The position numbers and the translations under genes are program-made. Source: a virus. From it: DNA of 7,586 bases. Where the stretch lies: the UHGV virus genome UHGV-1434521. One strand, written 5' to 3'. Numbering within the stretch: position 1 is the stretch's first letter; every line of letters starts with the position of its first letter. The notes under the pieces were generated by a model. That model was not told the origin of the DNA and did not search any database. It worked only from the letters and a program-made list of their open reading frames with translations. This document shows, piece after piece, positions 1 to 6,957 of this stretch.

Positions 1-8
1 CGGTGCCG

Positions 9-242
9 TCATTGGTCACAGACCGTAATCCACTGGCCCAGGACGTCTTTCAGGCAATGTTGGCATAAATCCAGTTTTAAGCGATTACTGTCACCAAAAA
101 TTGAACCGTATCCAGCTAAGTGATTAACAGACAGAAACTCATTGAACTCAATGTCATCTACCACCGTCTTCGCATGGCGACCACAGCGATCGCAGGTCTT
201 CGCACATAACATTACAGTATCGCTGGATGTGAAAAATTGCAT
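9..242 (-). CDS. Hypothetical small protein (77 aa) with two Cys-x2-Cys pairs, zinc-ribbon-like
   Basis: Complete ORF with stop at 9-11. ATG at 242-240 is preceded on the minus strand by GAGGAG (revcomp of 248-253) with a 5-nt spacer. Translation has C17-x2-C20 and C60-x2-C63, about 39 residues apart. No family recognised by eye. Confidence 0.55.
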   Translation of the reverse strand: MQFFTSSDTVMLCAKTCDRCGRHAKTVVDDIEFNEFLSVNHLAGYGSIFGDSNRLKLDLCQHCLKDVLGQWITVCDQ

Positions 243-313
243 TTTATCTCCTCGTAATGCTGCCGCGCCGAATCAGCAATAACGCTAAAAAAACAGAATT
301 GTTCGGCTTGGCC

Positions 314-358
314 AACCCCTGACACTAACAAAAGCAAGTTTTGTTATTGTCCGGGGTT
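314..358. other. Imperfect inverted repeat / hairpin (20-bp arms, 2 mismatches, 5-nt loop gcaag) immediately 3' of the 102-aa ORF
   Basis: aacccctgacactaacaaaa (314-333) pairs with ttttgttattgtccggggtt (339-358), 18/20 complementary. It sits directly after the stop codon at 360-362. The T-run on the transcribed strand is about 20 nt away rather than adjacent, so it is not a textbook intrinsic terminator. Confidence 0.4.
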
Positions 359-359
359 A

Positions 360-668
360 TCATATAAACCAATAGACCGTCCTTACGCCATTCTGGTTAT
401 CAATAACATAGCCGCATTGTTTCCTTAAAAATTCTTCTGCTAAATCAATGGCTTTTACAGAAATCTCATAAGAAGGAAGTAAAGTGTATCCTTTCCCTTC
501 ACTGGCAGCTGCTTTGATCGCATCCAGAGTATTATCAATCAGTAACAGAGCAAGTGATGCTTCATTTACCTGAGCCGAAGAACTTCTGGCTGCAAGTGTC
601 ATTGTTTTTGCTTCTTCCGCTGTAATCGTTCGTTCTGCCAGAGCAGATAAAATCCCATAAGAATCCAT
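360..668 (-). CDS. Hypothetical protein (102 aa), unknown function, accessory gene downstream of gIV
   Basis: Complete ORF co-directional with the phage genes. ATG at 668-666 with a weak SD-like GGGG 6 nt upstream. Predicted mostly helical with a C-terminal hydrophobic strand (VRTVYWFI). No family recognised by eye. Confidence 0.5.
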   Translation of the reverse strand: MDSYGILSALAERTITAEEAKTMTLAARSSSAQVNEASLALLLIDNTLDAIKAAASEGKGYTLLPSYEISVKAIDLAEEFLRKQCGYVIDNQNGVRTVYWFI

Positions 669-690
669 TAGTTACCCCAATCAATAATGT

Positions 691-746
691 CCATTTGATG
701 GATAGCGAGCAGGGCTCACGCACCTACCCGCTATCCATCAAAGTGG
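691..746 (-). other. Long hairpin overlapping the gIV stop codon; candidate gIV terminator and/or packaging-signal-like hairpin
   Basis: ccatttgatggatagcg (691-707) pairs with cgctatccatcaaagtgg (729-746): 14 bp perfect plus 3 bp with a 1-nt bulge, 21-nt loop. In Ff phages the first hairpin after gIV is both the gIV terminator and the packaging signal; the position here is equivalent. Confidence 0.45.
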
Positions 747-2003
747 ACGAATGATATGTGCTGTAAGCAAAATATACATAATACGCTGTTCATTGCTGTC
801 TGCCTTGCTACTGAAAATCCAGCCTATAAGAGGAATTTTACTTATAACTGGAACTGAACGCTCGGCATTGCTAAACGATGAATCGATAAGCCCCCCCAAT
901 AACAACGTCTGACCATCCTTAATCTGGACTGTCGTCTGAATCTGGCGCTGATTAGTAATAATATCGGATGCCTGATCATCATTGCTGATTGAATCAGCGC
1001 GAGTGTCGATAGTCAGAACTAGTTGCCCGTTACCCATGACAACAGGCGTTACCTTGAGAGAAACGCCAACATCATGACGCTCGATAGTCTGAAACGGATT
1101 ATTTACCCCGGCAGATTCGCCCGTTACCTTTCCGGTGATAAACGGCACATTCTTACCTACGGAAATGTAACCAGTCTGACCAGACTGAGTAAGAATACGC
1201 GGCGTTGAAATCACCTTAGAGCGTGAATTACTCTGGACAGCACGCAGAGACAGCGCCAACACGTTACCATCAAAAATACCAAAAGAACCGCCCGCCGTAG
1301 AAAGAGCACTACCCAGTGCAGAAGTATTAAAGCCCCCCGCAACCTTATGACCGGATGCAGAACCTGCCGCAAACGATAAATCAACGCCATCAGACAAGCT
1401 GGTTTCAAACATCAGCGACTGAATGAGAACCTGATCGCGGGCAACATCCACAGAATTGATAAAATCGGACAGAACCGGCAGCAGCTCGTCAGGCGCAGAA
1501 ACAATCAGCGAGTTATTGCCTGGATAATCCACGACATTACCACCACCATTAGAATCAAGATAAATTTTAATCAGTTGCTGAACATCGGACGATCTAACTT
1601 TTGTCAGCTTAAAATTTCTGACCGTAAGCGCCACAGGTACTGGCTGGTAAGATGGCTCAGAAGGAAAAGTATCATAAGACTGGTTATCAGAATCATCGGA
1701 ATCCGAAACCATCTGTGAAGGTAATTTAGACGGCAAAGAGACTACCGCAGGATTGCCAGAAAGCATGACAAAACCGTTAGCATTCAGAACAGACTTAAAG
1801 AAATCATCAATATTTGCTGGATTAACATCAGCATTAAATACGGTTACGTTTCCTTTAATATCAGGATTAACAATAACAGGCTTGCCAGTTTTTGAAGAAT
1901 ACCACTGAACAAATGAGCGAACAGATGAATTATTTAAATTAACAGTTTCAGCAGAAACGCAGAATGAATAGGCAAATAAAAAAGCAACAATAACAGAGCG
2001 CAT
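738..2003 (-). CDS. IV: Filamentous phage secretin pIV (outer-membrane export channel), 421 aa precursor
   Basis: Translation reads along M13 pIV by eye for most of its length (e.g. NVPFITGKVTGESAGVNNPFQTIER, LLLGGL, SKIPLIG). The start was moved from the track's 2096 to the ATG at 2003, which gives the signal peptide MRSVIVAFLFAYSFCVSA and has AGGAG upstream. Stop TGA at 740-738. Confidence 0.93.
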   Translation of the reverse strand: MRSVIVAFLFAYSFCVSAETVNLNNSSVRSFVQWYSSKTGKPVIVNPDIKGNVTVFNADVNPANIDDFFKSVLNANGFVMLSGNPAVVSLPSKLPSQMVSDSDDSDNQSYDTFPSEPSYQPVPVALTVRNFKLTKVRSSDVQQLIKIYLDSNGGGNVVDYPGNNSLIVSAPDELLPVLSDFINSVDVARDQVLIQSLMFETSLSDGVDLSFAAGSASGHKVAGGFNTSALGSALSTAGGSFGIFDGNVLALSLRAVQSNSRSKVISTPRILTQSGQTGYISVGKNVPFITGKVTGESAGVNNPFQTIERHDVGVSLKVTPVVMGNGQLVLTIDTRADSISNDDQASDIITNQRQIQTTVQIKDGQTLLLGGLIDSSFSNAERSVPVISKIPLIGWIFSSKADSNEQRIMYILLTAHIIRPL

Positions 2004-2010
2004 AATAATA

Positions 2011-2385
2011 TTACTCCTGACAGGTAACAGTCTGTAAATAACGGCCTTTTCTAATAACAACACGACAGGCATCTTTAATATCAACGGAATAACCATCTTT
2101 AATCAAATCAAAATACTGATATTTCATACCTTTTGCATCAACAAACGTAACGGAAACGTCAAAGCCAAGTTGTGAAAAAGAATTAATAGAAAGTCGGGGT
2201 AAGTCACTGGACGAATCAGGCGTTACCGCCCTCGCCTGTTCAGCATAAGCAGATTTAATAGCTGAGATTTCATCAACATTCTTTCCAGACTGGAGCCAGA
2301 AACCAAACGCAAGCCCCAGCGCCAAAAAAGAAAGCATTAATATAAGACGGTTCGATTTGCGAAAATAAATTTTAGTGAGGCGCAT
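2011..2385 (-). CDS. XI: pXI, in-frame internal-start product of gene I (C-terminal 124 aa)
   Basis: In-frame Met241 (MRLTKIYFRK) is at the same position as the M13 pXI start (MKLTKIYLKK). ATG at 2385-2383 with GAGGA about 13 nt upstream. Inferred by homology of position only. Confidence 0.55.
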   Translation of the reverse strand: MRLTKIYFRKSNRLILMLSFLALGLAFGFWLQSGKNVDEISAIKSAYAEQARAVTPDSSSDLPRLSINSFSQLGFDVSVTFVDAKGMKYQYFDLIKDGYSVDIKDACRVVIRKGRYLQTVTCQE

Positions 2386-3105
2386 ATAATAATTAAATCC
2401 TCTGTGAACAGAAAATTGACCGTGCGTGATAAATGGTGGCAAAAGCGAAAATGCGCCATGAGGATAATTATCTGTGAACGCTTGTTTGGTATTGTAAGCA
2501 GAATAAAGAGATTTTCCTGTATATATCCATTTATCAACAGTGATTGAATTAACATTATCACCATATTTGACAATGCCAAAGTGTACCTTTGGTAAAGAAA
2601 ATCTCGCCCCTGAAACCAAATTCATAATGGAGCCAACAAAAGGAATGTTTAATTTATCTGAACGGCGACAATAAACAACATGCTCAGCAAGTGCCAGACG
2701 AGCTTGCTTATCCATTATCGAAATATCCTGAATCAAAAATATAATATCCCAGCCTAATTTTCTGGCATGTAAAAACCAGTCAATAACAGGTTGTCTGTCT
2801 TTATCACCCCATGAGCGGGAATTAAACCAAGTACCACATTCATCAAGTACAAGGAGGCCATTACGGGATTCATCGTAAGATGCATTCCCAATACCAATAG
2901 CAAGTAAATCATTTAATGAAGGCTTGTCAGGAATGCGAATAACGCGCGTTTTTTTCGCATAACGCCCAACCATAGGCATATTATGCAATTTAAGATCAAG
3001 ATTAGTGGCAACAGGACAACCCTTAGCAAGTCTTTCCTGTATTCTGGAAACACTAACAAGTGTCTTGCCTGAGCCTAATTTGCCTGTTACTACATAAACC
3101 GCCAT
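2011..3105 (-). CDS. I: Filamentous phage assembly ATPase pI (Zot-like), 364 aa
   Basis: N-terminus MAVYVVTGKLGSGKTLVS carries Walker A GKLGSGKT. Further blocks match M13 pI as recalled (LLVLDECGTWFNSRSW, IDWFLHARKLGWDIIFL, AEHVVYCRR, YNTKQAF). ATG at 3105-3103 directly follows the gVI stop. Confidence 0.95.
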   Translation of the reverse strand: MAVYVVTGKLGSGKTLVSVSRIQERLAKGCPVATNLDLKLHNMPMVGRYAKKTRVIRIPDKPSLNDLLAIGIGNASYDESRNGLLVLDECGTWFNSRSWGDKDRQPVIDWFLHARKLGWDIIFLIQDISIMDKQARLALAEHVVYCRRSDKLNIPFVGSIMNLVSGARFSLPKVHFGIVKYGDNVNSITVDKWIYTGKSLYSAYNTKQAFTDNYPHGAFSLLPPFITHGQFSVHRGFNYYMRLTKIYFRKSNRLILMLSFLALGLAFGFWLQSGKNVDEISAIKSAYAEQARAVTPDSSSDLPRLSINSFSQLGFDVSVTFVDAKGMKYQYFDLIKDGYSVDIKDACRVVIRKGRYLQTVTCQE

Positions 3106-3447
3106 TTAAATCACCCTGTTTGCATAATCAAGAAATTTTTGTTTTAAATCGAAAACAAAAACACTGATACGAGTAACCATAATAACGTTAACACACGCCT
3201 GAAAATGGTCAGGCAATACAGACGCCATTAAATGGGAGAAATCAGCAGGTAAACCGTTATACATGACCTCAGCAAGGTACTGCATTAAAAGCGTAACAGT
3301 TGTTGTAATTAATGCGACCAATGCAAAGGCGATTAATCCTGTTCTGGTAGCAAGTCGAGCTAAAAAACTCGCCACATAGCCAATAAACAAAGGAACAAGA
3401 CCAATAAGAAAACGCAACAATGCAGGAATACCTAATAATAAAGGCAT
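3106..3447 (-). CDS. VI: Minor coat protein pVI, 113 aa
   Basis: [13 protein letters not shown]... parallels M13 pVI MPVLLGIPLLLRF, with a conserved C-terminal VFDLKQK-like block. ATG at 3447-3445 overlaps the gIII stop (TGATG). The track's GTG at 3450 adds one residue and is less likely. Confidence 0.9.
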   Translation of the reverse strand: MPLLLGIPALLRFLIGLVPLFIGYVASFLARLATRTGLIAFALVALITTTVTLLMQYLAEVMYNGLPADFSHLMASVLPDHFQACVNVIMVTRISVFVFDLKQKFLDYANRVI

Positions 3448-4712
3448 CACTCACCCCCTTTGCGAAGCAATGAAGTTAAAGAAGTAAAGACATACCAGAA
3501 CGTAAGGCAATAAAAAACCCATGAAAGAACATCTTTAATAGTCAGTAATTTATCGCAACCAATATCAATCTGATAAACCTCTCCGGGAAATATAATAAAA
3601 TCAGAGCAGCCGTTACCATTGGGTAAATTAGGCAGCATAGCACCTTTATTTAAAAATGCTTCCCATAAAGCACCGTGAGAATCCTTTTCAATTCCCAATT
3701 CAGAATCAGCTAAAGTAGAAGCGCCATCTAATTCAGAGTCGCCCTTTCCATAACGAGAATCACCACCTGAAGGGTCAGCAAAACGGCCAGCCCCCCGCGT
3801 AAGATTGTTAATGGAATCGTCAAGACGATTTATATTATTCCTGGTTTGTTCATCGGCATTTTTTTTATCATCTGATGAAGTGTCTTTCTCCGTTAATTTA
3901 TCATGAATATCGCTGGCTATTTTGGGTGAAGCACCTTCGATCGCAGACTGAATATCACCTTTAGAAAGACTGGAACCACTAGAGCCACCGCCAGAACTAC
4001 CGCCACCGGACTCACCACCGCCAGACTCACCACCACCGGACTCACCACCGCCAGACTCACCACCGCTGGACTCACCACCGCCAGACTCACCACCACCATT
4101 TTGGGGGGTTGAGGGTTTATCAGAGGGGTCAGCTACAGCACCTGTAGGCTTCCATGTTGCAGCGCAAACAGTACCATCACCCTGACAAACAATGACACCA
4201 GTAGCCTCATATTCACAGCCGTTATAGTAGATATAGCGACCACCATCATATGAATCAACATTATTAAATACACCTTCTTCTGGCGGCTTCGCTTCACAAA
4301 TTTCTTCTGGTGTCGGGTCAGTAGGTTTTTCATCAGGAACAGAACGCTGAATATTACCAACAATATAAGCCGTTAAAGACCAATATTTATCCTTCTGCCC
4401 TGGTGAATCGCTGTAAGTACAATCGCCAGTAAAAACAAGACGGAATTCAGAATCAGGCCAGATACCCTCATAAGTTGGTTTAATCCGAGTAAATACACTC
4501 TGAGCACTGGATTTAGCACCCTGACAAGCGGAGGCCTGCATAGCAGCATCAATATAGTAAACCGTTATCTTAGAGCCATCCTGATTGGTTATTTGCTTAC
4601 TTTCAGCGTAGGCAGAACTTTGATAAGTGGATTTAGTAATGCTTTCCCATGACTCAGCATGTGAAAAAGGAGAAATGAGGACAGCGGAAAGAATTAATAT
4701 TTTCCTTCTCAT
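3447..4712 (-). CDS. III: Minor coat / adsorption protein pIII, 421 aa precursor
   Basis: Start moved to ATG 4712-4710 ([19 protein letters not shown] signal peptide); the track's upstream extension overlaps gVIII. Contains a block resembling the Ff TolA-binding N1 domain ([23 protein letters not shown]), a (GGGES)n linker, and a C-terminal anchor (GCDKLL...[14 protein letters not shown]) like M13 pIII. Confidence 0.9.
   Translation of the reverse strand: MRRKILILSAVLISPFSHAESWESITKSTYQSSAYAESKQITNQDGSKITVYYIDAAMQASACQGAKSSAQSVFTRIKPTYEGIWPDSEFRLVFTGDCTYSDSPGQKDKYWSLTAYIVGNIQRSVPDEKPTDPTPEEICEAKPPEEGVFNNVDSYDGGRYIYYNGCEYEATGVIVCQGDGTVCAATWKPTGAVADPSDKPSTPQNGGGESGGGESSGGESGGGESGGGESGGGESGGGSSGGGSSGSSLSKGDIQSAIEGASPKIASDIHDKLTEKDTSSDDKKNADEQTRNNINRLDDSINNLTRGAGRFADPSGGDSRYGKGDSELDGASTLADSELGIEKDSHGALWEAFLNKGAMLPNLPNGNGCSDFIIFPGEVYQIDIGCDKLLTIKDVLSWVFYCLTFWYVFTSLTSLLRKGGE
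3972..4097 (-). repeat. Tandem 15-bp repeats inside gIII encoding the Gly-rich (GGGES)n linker
   Basis: Units ggactcaccaccgcc / agactcaccaccacc are repeated about 8 times on the plus strand and translate on the minus strand to [40 protein letters not shown]. Confidence 0.9.
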
Positions 4713-4730
4713 AGTAACCCGCTTTAATAA

Positions 4731-4749
4731 AGGGGCAACGAGTGCCCCT
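4731..4749 (-). terminator. Candidate rho-independent terminator between gVIII and gIII
   Basis: GC-rich 7-bp stem (aggggca / tgcccct) with 5-nt loop, followed on the transcribed strand by UUAUUAAAG. Its position matches the strong terminator after gene VIII in Ff phages. Confidence 0.55.
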
Positions 4750-4758
4750 GAGTGAAAT

Positions 4759-5001
4759 TCAAACCGCTTTTGAAGAGAATTTTTTGAAAATACGAATGGC
4801 AAGCCCAGCGCCAACCACAGCAACAACAACAGGCCATACTTTACCAATGAGATCATTTGCCTGAGTCAACAAAGCATCCATTGCCTGACCTGCATAATCA
4901 GTACCACCTGTAGCGCCTTCAGCCGCAAAAGAACTTGCAGAAATAAAAAGCGCAGTTGAAGCCAGAGCAATTTTATATTTAACAGTAGACAGAATTTTCA
5001 T
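4759..5001 (-). CDS. VIII: Major coat protein pVIII precursor (80 aa; predicted mature 54 aa)
   Basis: Signal peptide ends SFA|AEG as in M13. It has an acidic N-terminus, a hydrophobic core, and the basic tail [10 protein letters not shown], which matches the IKe/M13 C-terminus ([10 protein letters not shown] / LFKKFTSKAS) as recalled. GGAG RBS 8 nt upstream of ATG 5001-4999. Confidence 0.95.
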   Translation of the reverse strand: MKILSTVKYKIALASTALFISASSFAAEGATGGTDYAGQAMDALLTQANDLIGKVWPVVVAVVGAGLAIRIFKKFSSKAV

Positions 5002-5020
5002 AGGAATAACTCCATTAAGG

Positions 5021-5116
5021 TTACATTAATCGGTCAGAAAATGATTTAAATGAACCGACCGCATAGAAAAGGGCAAAACCAAAGGTATAAGCCCCGAAGA
5101 AATAAACGATATACAT
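5021..5116 (-). CDS. IX: Minor coat protein pIX (31 aa)
   Basis: MYIVYFFGAYTFGFALFYAVGSFKSFSDRLM is a small hydrophobic protein ending FSDRLM (compare M13 pIX ...FTRLM). Its start overlaps the gVII stop (TAATG). The track merged it into a 74-aa ORF. Confidence 0.8.
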   Translation of the reverse strand: MYIVYFFGAYTFGFALFYAVGSFKSFSDRLM

Positions 5117-5202
5117 TAACGAAAGACCCCCGCAGTAATCGCGCCGAGGCCAAAAGAAATAACGATGCCAGACGCTATCAAAATTTGAATAACATCGTCC
5201 AT
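5116..5202 (-). CDS. VII: Minor coat protein pVII (28 aa)
   Basis: Manual translation MDDVIQILIASGIVISFGLGAITAGVFR parallels M13 pVII (...IQISVVLCFALGIIAGGQR). AAGG RBS 7 nt upstream. Not in the supplied track because it is under 60 aa. Confidence 0.85.
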   Translation of the reverse strand: MDDVIQILIASGIVISFGLGAITAGVFR

Positions 5203-5204
5203 AT

Positions 5205-5522
5205 TTAACCTTTGATCTCTGCGATGCCACCATCGGAAGAAACATTATAAGTTACACCTTCCCTACCCTCCATTGACCACGCACGGACATAGACAGGAAT
5301 TTGAACTAATTTCCCAATGAAAGCATTCGCCTGGTTCATTAGACCTGCGTTAACGAGAGCCTGAGAAACTCGAATAATAATTTGATCCTGCTTTGTACCA
5401 CCAAAACCATCAGGTATTTCAAGGCCAATACCAATTTCATTATAATAGCCCTGACCATTAACTTTATTACGTTGGCGGGCTCCCAACATTTTACCCTTAA
5501 CGAAAAGACCATAATTAGACAT
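5205..5522 (-). CDS. Gene-V-position protein (105 aa); putative ssDNA-binding/replication-switch protein by synteny only
   Basis: Fills the gap between gII and gVII exactly, with a strong AAGGAA RBS 6 nt upstream. The sequence (Gly-rich, GFGG) does not resemble M13 gVp as I recall it, so the function is assigned by position, not homology. Confidence 0.6.
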   Translation of the reverse strand: MSNYGLFVKGKMLGARQRNKVNGQGYYNEIGIGLEIPDGFGGTKQDQIIIRVSQALVNAGLMNQANAFIGKLVQIPVYVRAWSMEGREGVTYNVSSDGGIAEIKG

Positions 5523-5533
5523 ATTACTTTCCT

Positions 5534-5848
5534 TTAATGCCAGCTACTGGCGTGCGAAATACGGTTGTAATCGAAAATAAAACCTTTCTCATAAATCCAT
5601 AAGGGGATTTCCGCTGGCTTGGCTTCCAGCGTTCTTATTAGCGGAACAACGTTATTAGAGTCTGGTGAATCACAATAGAAATTAATATCGATACCGAACG
5701 AAAGCAATTCTCTTCTATGGCGATAAAAAGTGTTATGAGGTAACATTTCTTTCATGTTAGCCCCTTGTTTCCAAAGTAAATAAGTTGACTGTATTTTTCT
5801 TGGCAGTTTCGTTATTTTTTCATCACTTAAAATAGCATTCTGATTCAT
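5534..5848 (-). CDS. X: pX, in-frame internal-start product of gene II (C-terminal 104 aa)
   Basis: In-frame ATG at 5848-5846 (MNQNAILSDE...) is preceded by GGGAG with a 7-nt spacer, and parallels the M13 pX start (MNIYDDSAVLD). The alternative in-frame ATG at 5896 lacks an SD. Confidence 0.5.
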   Translation of the reverse strand: MNQNAILSDEKITKLPRKIQSTYLLWKQGANMKEMLPHNTFYRHRRELLSFGIDINFYCDSPDSNNVVPLIRTLEAKPAEIPLWIYEKGFIFDYNRISHASSWH

Positions 5849-6628
5849 TTCTATTCTCCCTACATATTCAGAGAATAATTGACGTGGTGTTTTCATATTC
5901 CAGTTAGCGCCAAGCGTTAAATTTAAATCAATAAGCTCAGTTGTTCTTAATGTTAATTCAATACGTAATTTATCTTTCGTCCAGTCCAGTAACCCGGCTC
6001 GTACAAACTCTTCGGCTATCTGGTGCCCTTTTTTACCAGAAACGTGTTCATCATATTTTGAATAAAATTTCAGACTCCATCGACGGGAGTTTTTACCTAA
6101 ATAAACTGTACCGCCTTTCCCACATGCGCGACCATGGCGTGTTTTAGCTTTAAATTCGGCGGCATAAAGCCATGATCTGACATTTTCCAGCGTAGATAAT
6201 GAATACATGTAATTAATGTCAACACGTGAAATTTTATACTGACCTGCCATAACGGCTTTATAAGACGCTAAATCATGAGGAATATTCAATAAGGATAAAA
6301 TCCTGGCATAGACCGTCAACATGAGCCCTTGTATATCATCCGACCCAACAACAGAATGCCCCTGCAGAAACTTGGAAGGATTACCATCAATGTACAAATG
6401 TGTCGCTTTACCTTCGCCATTAGATCCTATCGATCGTACTTTCATCGTTGCTTCATGCGAACCGCGAACAGTCAGTCGCTTAACGGTTTCCCACTCAATT
6501 GCACCGTCAGCATCAACGCTGACAACACTCCCCGCCGGAAGCGGTTTGTGTGTGCAAGGGAAAATCCCGGTAAGCCAATCGATCACGAATAAATCCTCAA
6601 AATTGCAAAAATGACGACTTACTAACAC
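5534..6628 (-). CDS. II: Rolling-circle replication initiator pII (Phage_CRI / gene II family), 364 aa
   Basis: The C-terminal block NNVVPLIRTL matches M13 pII NNVVPLVRFI, and an internal block LQGHSVVGSDD matches LQGHNVFGTTD. It is first in the gene order. The apparent start is GTG at 6628-6626 with no obvious SD, so the start assignment is uncertain. Confidence 0.88.
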   Translation of the reverse strand: MLVSRHFCNFEDLFVIDWLTGIFPCTHKPLPAGSVVSVDADGAIEWETVKRLTVRGSHEATMKVRSIGSNGEGKATHLYIDGNPSKFLQGHSVVGSDDIQGLMLTVYARILSLLNIPHDLASYKAVMAGQYKISRVDINYMYSLSTLENVRSWLYAAEFKAKTRHGRACGKGGTVYLGKNSRRWSLKFYSKYDEHVSGKKGHQIAEEFVRAGLLDWTKDKLRIELTLRTTELIDLNLTLGANWNMKTPRQLFSEYVGRIEMNQNAILSDEKITKLPRKIQSTYLLWKQGANMKEMLPHNTFYRHRRELLSFGIDINFYCDSPDSNNVVPLIRTLEAKPAEIPLWIYEKGFIFDYNRISHASSWH

Positions 6629-6755
6629 ATGAGTTCAGTAGTTCATTAGTGTTTTAACATTACACCAGTGAGCTAGTGAGTTCAAGAGGCTTGGATGATA
6701 TGAGTTCATGAGCATGTATACTCACTTCAAATATTGCATTGAACGAGCGTAAAAA
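6629..6755. promoter_or_regulatory. Divergent intergenic control region between gII and the RHH gene, with direct repeats
   Basis: TGAGTTCA at 6630-6637, 6677-6684 and 6701-6708; AGTGAG at 6667-6672 and 6675-6680. Candidate leftward gII promoter: -35 TTGAAC (6685-6680), 17-nt spacer, -10 TAATGT (6662-6657). Candidate rightward -10 TATACT (6717-6722). Confidence 0.45.
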
Positions 6756-6938
6756 ATGGCAAAGCGCACGACTTATAACGTGACGGAAGAAAGAAAAATG
6801 AAACTAGAACGACTGGCTATAAATGCCAGTGTAAAACTAGGAAAAACAATTACATGGACAGAGATTTTAGGTTATCTGATTGATAACTACTCTAAAGATG
6901 CAGCAGAAGATCTCATGTCTGCCAAACAAAAGGATTAA
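6756..6938 (+). CDS. Small ribbon-helix-helix-like DNA-binding protein (60 aa); candidate repressor or antitoxin
   Basis: MAKRTTYNVTEERKMKLERLAINASVKLGKTITWTEILGYLIDNY fits a strand / helix / G-x-T turn / helix RHH pattern (CopG/Arc-like). It is divergently transcribed from gII. Weak RBS. Confidence 0.55.
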   Translation: MAKRTTYNVTEERKMKLERLAINASVKLGKTITWTEILGYLIDNYSKDAAEDLMSAKQKD

Positions 6939-6957
6939 GTACCACGAATGGTACAAA

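Noticed and set aside
1023-1408. ORFs 1023-1208 (+) and 1211-1408 (-) inside gIV
   Set aside because: Antisense or alternate-frame ORFs embedded in the well-supported secretin gene; no RBS or homology support.
738-2096. Track ORF giving pIV a 31-residue N-terminal extension (start at 2096)
   Set aside because: The extension overlaps the 3' end of gI. The ATG at 2003 yields a canonical signal peptide aligned with the M13 pIV N-terminus and has an SD.
2337-2579. 80-aa ORF (-) in an alternate frame within gI
   Set aside because: Overlaps the strongly supported gI/gXI reading frame; the low-complexity AT-rich translation is typical of a spurious frame.
3269-3454. 61-aa ORF (-) overlapping gVI
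   Set aside because: Alternate frame of gVI; Cys-rich odd composition, no start context.
3972-4097. Possible CRISPR-like or intergenic repeat array
   Set aside because: The repeats are contiguous 15-bp units with no spacers, lie inside gIII, and encode the Gly-rich linker in frame.
3917-4363. ORFs 3917-4099 (-) and 4133-4363 (-) inside gIII
   Set aside because: Alternate-frame translations of the gIII repeat region (VVSLAVVSP repeats mirror the Gly-linker repeats) and of the N-domain; spurious.
3447-4856. Track ORF giving pIII a 48-residue N-terminal extension overlapping gVIII
   Set aside because: The extension overlaps the gVIII coding region and the gVIII terminator. The ATG at 4712 gives a proper signal peptide ([19 protein letters not shown]).
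5021-5245. 74-aa track ORF spanning the pIX/pVII region
   Set aside because: It is an artefactual merge in one frame. The region is better explained by two short Ff-like genes, pVII (5116-5202) and pIX (5021-5116), with a TAATG overlap.
5896-5898. Alternative gX start at in-frame ATG 5896 (M245 of pII)
   Set aside because: No SD upstream. The ATG at 5848 has GGGAG at proper spacing and parallels the M13 pX start context.
5941-6614. Plus-strand ORFs 5941-6147, 6321-6614 and 6329-6592 antisense to gII
   Set aside because: Antisense to the conserved replication gene; no RBS or recognisable domains.
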